Assembly (NCBI GenBank): GCA_000708835.1
Contig: DF236962.1
Coordinates: 124,001 to 188,000 of the forward strand
DNA: 64,000 nt
From: Klebsormidium nitens
Lineage: Eukaryota; Plantae; Klebsormidiophyceae
Direction of reading: 5' to 3'
Positions within the stretch are counted from its first letter, which is position 1, and every line of letters begins with the position of its first letter. Below are positions 51,401-62,476 of this stretch, one piece after another. The notes below the pieces were generated by a model. The model was given only the letters and a program-made list of their open reading frames with translations. It was not told the origin of the DNA and searched no databases. The translations under genes and the position numbers were made by a program.

Positions 51401-54400
51401 CCCAATGCTGAATCACCCATCACTAACAACAAGCATATCTGCAAGACCTCTCGACTAGAACCCCGTATTCTTCGGCCCCTACTTCTGAACACCAACTGCG
51501 CTCCTTGCTTTTGCAGCCACAAGGACGCCTCGAGCCACTCCCCCAGTCACGTGACCTGCCACGTCAGCATCTACCCCTGGGCGCTAGCGTCCAACTTGAC
51601 CCCCTACGCGCTTTACCTCCACCCTTTCCACGCCACTTACCCGGGGGCTCCCCCCGCCGCATCTCTGGTCTGGCCCGCGCAAACCCTTCCGGGGGGGCAG
51701 AAAGAAGCCCACGTCCTGGTGCGCCGCCTGGTAAAAGAACCCCCCCCGGAGCTGACCCCCGGGCTGTCGTCAATCACGTATCGGAGCTTGTTAGACGCGC
51801 CAACAGCGGAAATCGGTTTGGAGGTAGAAGCTTTAGAATCGGTCGAACGGACGGCGTGGAGCCAGGGACCGTTGGAACCCGGTTCTAAACTTGGCACGAT
51901 TTTAGGTATCGCTGGCAATGTTGATCTTGGAACCGGGAAAAGGGATGTTTCGGAAAGAAATGTTGAGCGGCTCGGGCTGTCGTACCCCCCCGGAGGAGTC
52001 CAGGCGCTCTCCCCCTCGTTCCAGCTCGGCATGCCCGCCACTCAGCGCCGCATGCTGCTGACGTCATCCCCAGGGGGCCACGACGTCATGCTGACGTGGC
52101 ACGTGGTCAGCGCGGACGGCCAGGCGCATCTGGTGCTGCACGAGGACGCGCAGCCGCCGGGGGCCGTCCGGAACGAGTCGGACGCTGCGCTCGAGGTCCG
52201 AAAGGCGTCCGAAGAGGGGGAGGAAGAAAATTGCCCCACGCTAGTTGCGCCGCGCTGCGTGGCGCACTTTGATTGGGAGGGGTTGGCGGGGTTGGGGGGG
52301 GGGGGGACGTCGAAGAGGAAATGGATGAGGCGCTTCTGGTGCAGATGCGGCAGGGGGGCCGTGGTGTCAAGCTCCAGATCAGGATGGGAAATGGCTTCTG
52401 GAGCGAACCTTTTAACACTGATGGAGCGCTGAGTTTCGAGTATCCGCCGTCTTCAAAGGAGAACGCGCAAGCAGGGGGGTGGGAAGAACAAGAGGCGCTG
52501 TCGGAAGGACGGAAAACGGAAGGCGGTCAGAGCGGGATTGTAAAGGGCAATGAGAAGGGAACCGGAGACGAGGCATCGGCGGTCGACGTTTTGCAAATTC
52601 ACGAGCCGCGAGGTTCGGAAGAAACGCTGACGGTGCAAGTCGAGAGGCAGGGGGCGACCTGCTGCATTCTGGTGCGCCGCTCAGGAGGACACGCAGCGGC
52701 GGGATCCTCAGAAGCGGAAGCCTCGAGACCGGAACGATTGGAAACCGCAACGGAAACCGAAAAGGAGTTAGCTCTCCCTTCGAACCTCGCGGTCAACCTC
52801 TCCTTCGGTTCCCTGCAAGCGGCCCTCTTCGATGACGAAAGCCGCCTCTTCAGGGGGCCCGTTTCAACCACCGAAACACCCCCCCAAAACAACCCCAGCA
52901 GCCCTTCTCTCGCGTTCCTGTTCACGCTAGACGGGCTCCAATTCGAAGCCTCCCGGGTCTCCTCCCCCCGCTCGGTAGGCCTTCCCCCGGTCACGTCCTA
53001 CGATTGCCACGTGGCAGTCGCGGCCCTCCAGCTGGACAACCATCTGCTCGGGGCGAAGCTACCGGTCGTTTTGACGGTCGACTTGGGGGAGACGGGGCTT
53101 GCGGCCGCGAAACTTCGTGGCCACCCGAGCTCCAAAACCGACCCCTTCCCTGCCGCCCGGTGCTCGGTCACTTTCTTCCAACCAGTCCCTGGCCCCTCCC
53201 CCGATCTGTCCGCAGCTTGGGTCCAAAGTCTGGACGTCCGAATCCAGCCACTCGTGCTAAACATCGACGACTCGCTGCTCGCACTGTTTACACGTCTCCG
53301 GAGGCCCCCATTTCCTGCCGATGCCCTCGAGTCCTCAGCCAAATCCGCGCGGCATCCTCAGTCACAGGGCCTCCTAATCCGGACGTCTGACCTCGCCCTG
53401 GCCGACCCGCAGCTGTACGTACACTCCCTAGCGGTTTCGGACGTCCGGTTAGCGCTAACCGCGTGCGTGACCCGGCCCGTGGTTCTAGACGTCCGCGCGG
53501 CGCCGGTGCGGCTGTCCGAACTGGAGCTGCGGACGGTGTTGTTCCCGTCCGTGGTGTTAGCCCGGGGCGTCCTAGGCCACTATGTTACGGAGGCCATTTG
53601 TAACGTGCACCGGGTGGTGGGCTCTCTGGAGCTGCTCTTCAACCCCACGGGTAAGCTATCGTTCCTACCGGGGGGACGCACGTTTGGCGACCTTTTGGCT
53701 GAGCGCCTGACGCAGCTTCGCCGGGCTTGCGTAGCTCGGACACTGGTCAAAAGAGAGCCCTTTTGCGGTAGAATCCAATCAGGGCTTTTTTAAGTCCCTT
53801 TTTTCACCCGCCCCACCCACCCCTTACATCCAACACAAACAATGCTTCGCCTCCACTTGTTCATACTCCCTCATCTTGTGTCGCTGAAATGACTCCAAAG
53901 CTCTAATTGCCGTCTCCTCGAACGCTCTCTTCGGCTACACGTTGTGAAAGGCCCTCCCTGTTCTCTGGTTCTGCAGGCTTGGTGAAGAGCGTGCGCGCCG
54001 GTCTGCGCGACCTCATTCAATTGCCGCTGCAAGGCAGCCAGAACGGCGCCTTCGGCTTCCTTTGGGGACTTGGGGCAGGTGGCGCCTCTCTGTCGCGCCA
54101 CGTGTCCCGCTGGACGCTTTCCTCGGTCGCCGGCTTCAGCTCCTCGCTCTCCCGTATCTTGACCCAAGCGGGGGGGCGGGGACCCGGGCAGAACGACCCC
54201 TCTTCGGAGGAGACGGGCAACTCGGCTCAGGCCCTGTCGAGCGAGGGACCCATGTCTCCAAAGACTGGGGCTCCGACTGGCGGAGTGCTGAGCGGCGTCA
54301 GGCGGGGCCTTATCGGCGTTCTGGTGGCGCCTCTGCAGCTTGTGGCGCACACTTCCTCGGGGCTGCTCGGGCGGGAAACAGGGCCCCAGCCGCGCTTGCT

Positions 54401-54902
54401 GCGGGTGTCGAGCTCGCTGAGCGTGACGTCAGAGAGTGTGAATACGGGCGTTTTAGAAGAGGAGGCGGTCGAAGAGGGATCCCCCGTCCGGAGTGCGTTG
54501 CGCAGACTACGGAGCCACATTCTCACAGGCGAGCGCTTTATGCGCCACGTTGTGGTTAACTCACTAACCGTAGTGCGGGTTACCGGTCCCGTCGAGGATG
54601 TGCGTCCTATGGTTCTCGACCGGGGGAGCCTGCTCCTGAGCGACAGAGCGGTGTATGTGCTCGAATGTGGGGGCGCCCGGTTAGCGGCCCGGCTCCCTTT
54701 AACCGGCTTGTTGCTGGAAGAGGAATACGCGAGCTATGAGATTGTCCTAATCGCCGGTGCAACCGCCGGTCAGCTTCAGGCTGCGCGCACCGAGTCGGAA
54801 GCCCAAGAAGGGCGTGCTTCCGTCCAGGTTCTCGCTCGGCTTGACCGGGACACGTGGCAAGCTGTGATCCCTGTTTTTAAGCAGAGACTGTTGTACGAGT
54901 AG
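36473..54902 (+). CDS. VPS13B: VPS13B/COH1-like bridge lipid-transfer protein (Chorein-N to VPS13-C), ~3,900 aa; spans an assembly gap and has a frameshift in a G13 run
   Basis: Exons 36473-36508, 37200-37320, 37914-38135, 38517-41335 (includes gap), 41773-42007, 42354-~42407 (3' boundary unresolved), 43189-43831, 44125-44844, 45587-46419, 47051-47807, 48346-50211, 50639-51129, 51517-53650, 53977-54902. N-terminus MLGNVERYVLTPVVLRFARKYIKN...SDLQVSLSGGSLVFRNFELNLE...RELQIKIPWTRLATDPIEIVLDTVECV and SVCLDELDSFGRVAEYQEALL parallel metazoan VPS13B as recalled. C-terminal LQLDNHL...PVVL and VVGSLELLFNPTGLVKSVRAGLRDLIQLP are VPS13-C motifs. Confidence 0.85.
39298..39875. other. Assembly gap (N run) inside a VPS13 exon
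   Basis: Run of N; the reading frame is compatible on both sides. Confidence 1.
45388..45625 (+). repeat. Tandem duplication of intron 3' end plus exon start in the VPS13 gene
   Basis: TGCTTGTCTCTCCG-TTCATCACTCTCGCCTACGAACGCCGCAAGCACT at ~45454-45501 versus TGCTTGTCTCTCCCCTCCAG|TTCATCACCTTCGCCTACGAACGCCGCAAGCACT at the real junction (45587); CGTTTGCAGAGGCGACCA is also present twice. Confidence 0.85.
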
Positions 54903-55720
54903 CCTGTCAGATGAAAGTAGAAGCACGTCGAAAGCGTTGCTCTTGTGCCTCTGCTACCAATTAATACTGATTTCTGCTCCTGGTGGAGTTTTGCAACTCA
55001 AGCTTTGACTTCTAAAAGCAGTGATACTTACTTACAAGCTCAGAAGGAGCAGGCTCGCAAAAGATGAGAATCTGACTCTGAAAAGGTGAATTCCATGTGA
55101 TTCCGACGTGCCGCCAGGCAATGATCCTCTGGCATGCCAGTCTCAGAGTCAGCCCCCATATGCATTGATGGTAACTTCCATGCGCAATCGATCAACGGAC
55201 CATGTCTCAAAGAATTTGTGTGTGGCATTGCATTGCGGGGATATAGCAGCTCGCGAGACCATTAGTGTTCGCACTGATTGGTCCCATGCAAACAGTCATG
55301 CATGCAAAAGGTACGGATGCGCGAGCTTCGAAACATTAACCCGACGAGATTTTTGATCTACGTTTAAGTGGCTCTATTTTGATGCATGTACTTGGGCATA
55401 TGACATCGATCATGATCCTGTAGTAAATGATTATGTACCTTAAAAGAAGATGATTACAATTTGAATTGTGGTCGCACCGAGCTATCATGCATGCATTCTG
55501 CCCATGACCATTACAATTTGCCAAAGGGTTATTTGCAATTGAATGGTCCTAGCTAGTCTTAAAAAGGGAAGAATGAACGGTATGATCCACACAATCTGAC
55601 TTCGCAGAAAATCTCTATTGCAATTTGAACCTTGTTAGCTTGTCCGGAGTTCAATTCCCTAGAGCCTTGCATCCGTCAGTGGCTCCAGGTTTAACAAACA
55701 TTCCAGATCGTCATATCTAC

Positions 55721-58700
55721 CTACGAGGTAAGACACAGGCCAGCGCTAAAGCACCGAAAGTACATCAGGTCCTCGTAAGAAATGCTCCCGCACTCCTTCG
55801 TTGTAGAGACCTGCAGAGCCTTTTCCTGAAACAAGGCAAACTTCTCGCAAGTCTGTTTCCAATCAACCAGCTCTTGGTCTACCTCATTCTTTGCCTCGAG
55901 CAACGCCTTCTCCTTGTCCGCATCCCACAGCACTTTTCGAATGCCGTTCAGACTCGCTTGCTTGGATTCTGCCACTCCGACCTTTTCCCGAATAGCCTGA
56001 AGAAGGGCCTCCAGAATGTCCTGAGGGGATCCCGTGTCCTGAGGGGAGCCCGTATTTTGAGAGGGCCCCACGTCCTGTTGGGCGCCCATGGCCTGAGGTG
56101 GTCCCGTGTCCCGAGGGGGGCCCGTCGAGGGGGCGCGGCATATCGCCCTGATCAGAGGGGCCACCTTGGAAAAAGCGGCGACCAGCACGACCCACGTCAC
56201 CAGGTGTATCCTCCATCTGGTGTACAAGGTGCCGCTCACGTGATCTCGCTGCAGTAGAACTCGATATGCGAGGCGGTAATTGTTGATCATCGACTTGATC
56301 TGGCGCGGGTTATCCGGCAGGAAGGCAACGTAGTATGTGCCCAACAGCTCGGCTGCGACTCCGTCCCGCCCCTCCACTCCTACGGTCATTTCCTCCCCGT
56401 CCTCGACCCGCTGATCACCGTCCTTGACCCGCTGATAACCGCCCAGTCTTCGTTGCAGATATAGAAGTTTCCGCCACGCTCCAAACTCCGCCATTCTTGG
56501 TTTATGAGGAGATGCAATATCATCTTCGGGTGCTGCGGCTGCCCGATATTGAGTTACCAAGTCGTCCCTTGCTGTAGCAGCTCGAGCGTCTCCTTCTCAA
56601 CGTAGCGACCGAGCGGCTGGAAGTGAGCTCGCGACCCCGTCGTCCTCTAATCCTCGAGATCCAGAAGCTCCCGTCACTGCCTGGTTCTCGTGATCTGATA
56701 CTCCCACCAACTTCTGGACATAAGACTCGCGCTCCGCCTCTGTTAATGGGGGCAGCTCAATGGACAGTTGGATGATCTTCTGAAGGAAACGCCTCGACTC
56801 ATCCCGGCTGACTTCAGACAATCTGGAGGCCCCAGTAACGCCCTTGAAGTGGTTATATATAGCGCGGGTCGTCATCTCGAGGTCGAGCCCGAAAATCGTA
56901 TATATACCCAGGTCCTTGTTATCGCAGCCGCCCAGGACGATGTTGACGGCCTCCAAAACGGACACAACCGCATCGTCCTGCGAACGATCCAGGTCGTCGA
57001 TGAAGACTATCACCTTGGTCCTTTCAGAGCCCACGCAACGCCCCAGGAATTGGAGATCCTGGATAACCCTGTTCTGGTAGCCCACATACCCCAGGTGCTC
57101 AGTGGTCGGCGAGACGACGTACCCCGCAATCTGCTGGCTGACCGGCTTGAAGATGGCGTACATCCTCCAAACGAAGAACGCCAGCCAGCCCACCACACCG
57201 AAAGCGACCAAGCTTCCGTACAGCGCGTCACTGGTCCTTGCTTTGGCGCTCTTTAGGGACGTGGGGACACCCAGTGCGACTACGAGAGCGGCAGCCAGCG
57301 AGCTCAAGAGGAGCGAGACAATATTGACAATCAACTCGCTCTTCCGTTTCTCGAAAGCATAAGCGGCATAAGCCCAGAGCCGCCAGCCCCAGCTAAGCCG
57401 TCCTTCGATTGCCCGCCCCACCTCGACTGCAAGCCCGGCCCAGATCTCCTTGGAATCCCGGTGGAGCCAGGCCTTGAACCACACCACAATCATTCTCGAC
57501 TTGACCTTCCTCTCCAGTAACTTCATTGCGGTCGACTTGCCCTTGCCCCAGACCCCATGGAACGCCATAGTGACTGGCGCCTTCGTGCCCTTGTCTAAGA
57601 GAAAGCCCGCCACAGCTTCGCACGTACCCGTGGTGTTGATGAGGTCTGCGTTGCTCGGATTGTCGCTAAGGGTGTCGCTAGGTGGGGCAAGGGAGCGACA
57701 CCCTTTCAAATTGAGTACCTTGAGCATATTGTTCTTTCCCTGGGGTAATTGAAGCTCCCGGATGCTCGTGCAGTCGCCCAGGTCAAGCTTCCGGAGGTTG
57801 GTCAGGGCTGCCAGGCCACGGAGCGCCGTCAGCTTGCGGCACTCCCTTAAGTCCAGGGTTTGGAGCTCCAGGCACTCGCTCAGGTCCGGAACCGACGTCA
57901 GCGCCCAACACTTCCTCAGGGACAGCGTCCGGAGCGCCGCGCACCCGCTCAGGTCTAAGACTGCCGTCAGCTCAACGCACTCGCTCAAGTCCAGCGTTTG
58001 GAGCATTGAGCACCCTCTTAGGTCCAAGGCCGCCGTCAGCGCCATACACCCACTCAGGTTCAGAAACTGGAGCGCCGAGCACTTGCTCAGGCCCGGGATT
58101 GCCGTTACCGCCAAACACCCCCACAAGGACAGCGTCTGGAGCGCCGTAAACCCACTCAGGTCCGGAATTTGCGTCAGCTTGCGGCACTCCCTTAAGTTCA
58201 GCGTCTGGAGCGCCAAGCACTCACTCAGAACCGGGGCCGCCGTCATCCCCGAACAACCCCACAAGGACAGCGTCTGGAGCGCCGCAAATCCGCTCAGGTC
58301 CGGAATCTCCGTCAGTTTGAGGCACTCCCTCAAGTTCAGCTTCTGGAGCGCCGAGCACCCTCTCAGATCTGGGGCCACCGTCAGATTGTCGCACAGGCTC
58401 AAGTTCAGCGTCTGGAGTGCCGAGCACCTGCTCAGATTCGGGGCCGCCGTCAGCTCAACGCAACCGCTCAAATCCAGCATCTGGAGCACCGAGCACCCGC
58501 TCAGGTCCAAGGCTGCCGTCAGTGCCAAACATTCCCTCAAGTTCAGGGTCTGGAGCGCCGAGCACCTGCTCAGTCCCGGGATTGCTGTCAGTGCCCGACA
58601 CTCACTCAAGTTCAGCGTCCGCAAAATTGAGCACCCGCTCAGGTCCGGGGCTGCCGTCAGCGCCGAACACCCCCACAAGGACAGCGTTTGGAGAGTCGCG

Positions 58701-59869
58701 CACCCGCTCAGGTCGGTGACCTCCGTCAGCTTGCTGCACTCGCTCAAGTCCAGCGTCCGGAGCGCCAAGCACCCTCCCAGATCCGGGGCCGCCGTCAAGT
58801 TGTCGCACAGGCTCAAGTCCAGGGTCTGGAGCCCCGAAAACCTGCTCAGGTCTGGGGCCGCCATTAGCGCCTGGCACCGGCTCAATTCCAGCGTCTGGAG
58901 CGCCGAGCACCCGCTCAGGCCTGAGGTTTCTGTGAGCGCCTTGCACCACCCCAAGTCCAGCGTCTGGAGGGTCGAGCACCCGCGCAGATCCGGAACCGCC
59001 GTCAGCTTGCGGCACTGCCTCATATCTAGCGTCTGGAGCGCCGAGCACCCACTCAGGTCCGGGGGTTGCGTTAGAGCCTCGCACCAGCTCAAATCCAGCG
59101 TTCGAAGCGCCAAGCACCCGCTCAGGTCCGGGGGTTCCGTCAGCGCCTCGCACCAGCTCAAGTTCAGCGTCTGAAGCGCCGAGCACCCGCTCAGGCTCCC
59201 AAGTCTTGTCAATCTCTTGCACTTTTTAAGGTCTATGAGGCGGTAAGCAATGCCAGTGGAGGTCAAATCCAGTTCCGTGAGGTCAGCATCGTGTATCTGC
59301 AGACATGGACACATGCATGTGATTTACCTTTCATATGTCAACTGTTGCTCCCAACATGTCTTACAGGGCCTGAAATATTCGGCAACCATCCTTTAAATGC
59401 CAAAGCACACTGGCTGTCCCTCAAACCCCAGGCATTCTTTCTTAGGCGTCGTAGCCAATTTAAATGCCGCCACAGACTACTGTTTGCTTTGAGAAGAACA
59501 GATATCAGACACGCTAAGACCTGCATTATACTTGCAAACAGAAGCCAAACAACCCTGTGCACAGCACAGAGGGCAAACACGTGTAAAGACAAGGAAGTTC
59601 TGAGCAGGCTGAAAGGCTGACAAGTGCAATCTTTTGAGTGGACACGCTTACGGCACAACTTACTGAAGACATTTCAGGATTAGATTAAAAGAAAACGTCG
59701 AAGGCATGGATGTTACGGAGCTGATCAAAATGGATACACGAGTTGCATACATTGACTGCATTTCACACTGCTTACGAATCCATGCAGTTTGGCAGTTGAT
59801 TCTACAACTTCAAGAGCCGCACTGCCAATGCAGGATGAGAAGACGCACCTCAAGATGGTCCTCCGCCAT
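55721..59869 (-). CDS. LRR-KAP protein: ~22 N-terminal 23-aa leucine-rich repeats, KAP-family P-loop NTPase with two transmembrane helices, C-terminal coiled coil; one in-frame TGA at 56597-56599 (possible pseudogene allele)
   Basis: Putative micro-exon 59869-59849 (MAEDHLE|GTGCGT) plus exon 59296-55721. Repeat consensus LQTLDLSxCxxLTxxPDLSGCSA; Walker A MAFHGVWGKGKST; VVWFKAWLH; TM segments LIVNIVSLLLSSLAAALVVALGV and ALYGSLVAFGVVGWLAFFVW; Walker B KVIVFIDDLDRS; FLQKIIQLSIELPP; LPDNPRQIKSMIN. ORFs 56597-59314 and 55721-56560 are in the same frame, separated only by the TGA. Confidence 0.85.
57690..59230 (-). repeat. 69-bp coding tandem repeat array (LRR units)
   Basis: About 20 strictly 23-aa units plus degenerate flanking units. 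Confidence 0.95.
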
Positions 59870-61899
59870 TGTTGCCCACAACCAGAGGATAGAGTAAGCA
59901 GCGTGGCACGTCCTCAGCTAGCAATAGAGGCCCAATATTGGCCCTTCACGGGTCAGCTAAGCTGGCCCTGGCAAAATATGAGAACAAAAACCCGGAAACA
60001 TGCCGTTGCAAAGCAGGCGGGTAAATATCAAGGACCCCGTGAGAAGCTGCGGAACACAAGCCGGCCCTGCCCTCGCGGATCCAGCTCGCCTGCGTCTCCT
60101 GTCAATGAGAGACCGTCAAAGACGTTTTTGAAAGAGAGTAGAGCCTAGAGATTGAAGTAGGAAGGACAATGTCCTAGTACAAGGTAGGTAGTAGGCAGAG
60201 AGGACATTGTCATGTTGACATTCATCATGATGAGCCGACACACTTTAAAGAGGGCGTCTTGGGACCCGTCACGTCTCGGCGTCGGGCGACCGGATACCGC
60301 GAAAATGGGCAAAGTGGTCGCTGAGGCAGATTTCGATGATGCATTGTAGTCCGTCCGATGAGGTTTTCCCTCTGGACTCAGATGCCACTAGTGCGCTTTG
60401 AAATCTGACGCCCTTTACATCGGTAGGTCAATCGATTTTTCCTTCGGCCCGTCGCTTATAAGTGGTCGGGAAGTCAGCAAAAGCGGGGACTTTGAGGGGC
60501 AAGAGTGCTCGGTGTGATGCAATAACTGTATGAAGTTAGGTATTAGATGACTAGGTTACCGGTACTTGTTGTCCGGCCTGTACCATCATGATTGCATGAC
60601 CGGACTCCGGTACTGAATTCCAAATGGAGGTATTAGGTAATATGCAGTTAGGCTGCAAGGAAGCGTCACACGCCGCCACTGGCCCACATCTTGGGATGGC
60701 GCAGCCTGCCGAAAGCCCGCCAGCAAACTTGCCTCTTCAATTTTTCCAACTGAGGAGAAGACGGTCGGGGGCCGGCCAGACATGACGGAGCCGTTGTGCC
60801 AAACTTAATCCTGTCTCAATTAAGGTACCCATCACCTGTGTGCATCAGTGCATCAATGGGGGAATGATTGAGGGGAAGAAAGATAAGCTCGAGTACGTCA
60901 GCGGCTACACGAAGATCGACCTTGAACAAATGGGTGGCCTGCAGGCCCCAAAATAAATACTCGAGGCTGGGGCTAACACGTCGCAACGTCGAAAGGACGG
61001 GGGAATTAGAAAAGTATGTCTGCAAGCAGCTAGGAACTAGCTTGCTGACATCAGCCAAAAGCTGGGAGCCATCTTGACCATACATGCATCGTCTGCATCA
61101 CGATCAGGTTCGTGTACTGATATTGCCATTAGTGTGAGTCGATGTGCGTGATGTTGCACTCCCGTTGCAGTACCGATTCACCGATTAGTCGGATAGAATT
61201 CGAAATGGAGCCGTTATATATACAGAGCATCCGAAAAACTTCTTCAAGACAAGCATATTTAACCGGCGAGCTGTAAGAGAAGCAAACGGCCAGTCCTTTT
61301 GTGAACTAATTAAGGTTTTCCTCTCCTGCCAGAATGATTGGTACCGGTACGCTTCAAGGCTACGGTTGAAGCTCTATACAAAGCGCCGAGAATCAGAGGG
61401 GGCGATTGTGAGACAGGCAACCTTGAAATCTTAACACCCAAGAAGGCCCGGCAGGCGAAGCCCGGCCATACTACAAAACAATACTAAGGAATCGAAAAGG
61501 TCTGAATGAATATTGTGCTGAAAGACAGGGAACGCTCGGGACTTTGTCACGAACTGTAGCAATCATCTATATAAATGCTGAGCTGCTCACTTCTCAATGC
61601 AGAGCACTCGCAAAGAGCATGTAAGATGCTATATATTCGTGAAGCAAGTAATGGAAACCTGCCAAACGGCTTATCATGAGGATGCATTTCGAATCGTTCA
61701 ATCTTCGTCGGGGCACGTCGAAGGTAGGCTCGAGTCCACTGATTACGAAGCTGGCACTGACTGGCTGGCTTCTTTGATATGAATCTGCCAGCTTCTAGGA
61801 GGCGACTGGCATTCAAGACTGGGTTTCACAAGCATCCGGCCGGCAATCTGATTGGCTCGCACATTTAAAATGGGTACACGTGTACAAGATCTTTGCCCG

Positions 61900-62476
61900 G
61901 CAGTTTTTCCGGACGATCCAATAGGAGGCGAGCTTGCACGAAGTATCCGAACCAAGGCTTAGCCTCTACTCGGAAGCACGTGCCCTGGATCCCGACTTCT
62001 CGCGATCGCTCCTAGAATCTGCTGAATCTGGCTTGTCTGATCTGCTGGAGCCCCCAAGGAAGACAACCTCCAAACCGACCCCCACATAATGATTCCCCAA
62101 AGCTTACCCCACGAACAACGTTCTGAAATCCTCTCAGTGAATCCGCAAAAGGCCGACCAGAGCTTCCTGAGACCTCCTCCAAACCTTGTCCAATCCCTTT
62201 CCAAACCCCGTCCCGTTTCTCCTATCCCGGGACAGGCCCGGGACCTCCGACTTGGTCTTACCGTAGTGGGCTGCCCCTACCCACTCTCCCTCAGACTTGA
62301 TACCCGCCGCTTAGAGCTGGCGGCCTGTGGGGAGCGACTGTCTGTTCTACAGGGCCTCTTCGTGTCACTCTTGGGGGGTCGAGTGCGACCTGGCCGCTGA
62401 GGCAACGGTGCGCGGCCCCCCCTTATTGTTTTACCTGCGGACGACTTGCGGTTATGCGGTGTGGGCTGTTCAAGAG
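61900..62476 (+). pseudogene. Diverged dispersed copy of part of a VPS13 exon (source ~45825-46333)
   Basis: Shared stretches include CGGAAGCACGTGCCCTGGA, CCCAAAGCTTACCCCA, GTGGGCTGCCCCT.CCC.CTCTCCCTCAGACT.GA.ACCCGCCGCTTAGAGCTGGCGGCCTG.GGGGAGCGACT, GCGACCTGGCCGCTGAGGCAACGGTGCGCGG and GCGGTGTGGGCTGTTCAAGA. The copy has indels and a frameshift near 62380. Confidence 0.9.

Noticed and set aside
15466-54902. CEP164 and VPS13B as a functional ciliary gene cluster
   Set aside because: Two adjacent genes are not evidence of clustering in a eukaryote; there is no shared regulatory signal or synteny data.
56010-56125. 18-bp (6-aa, e.g. DTGSPQ) degenerate repeats in the LRR-KAP C-terminal part
   Set aside because: Ordinary low-complexity linker with no independent significance.
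57762-59174. 470-aa plus-strand ORF antisense to the LRR array (plus short ORFs in other frames)
   Set aside because: Shadow ORF: the 69-bp repeat unit lacks stops in that frame, and the minus-strand frame carries the recognisable LRR and KAP motifs.
60200-61850. Short ORFs upstream of the LRR-KAP gene
   Set aside because: Could be decayed element sequence, but no identifiable motif supports a call.
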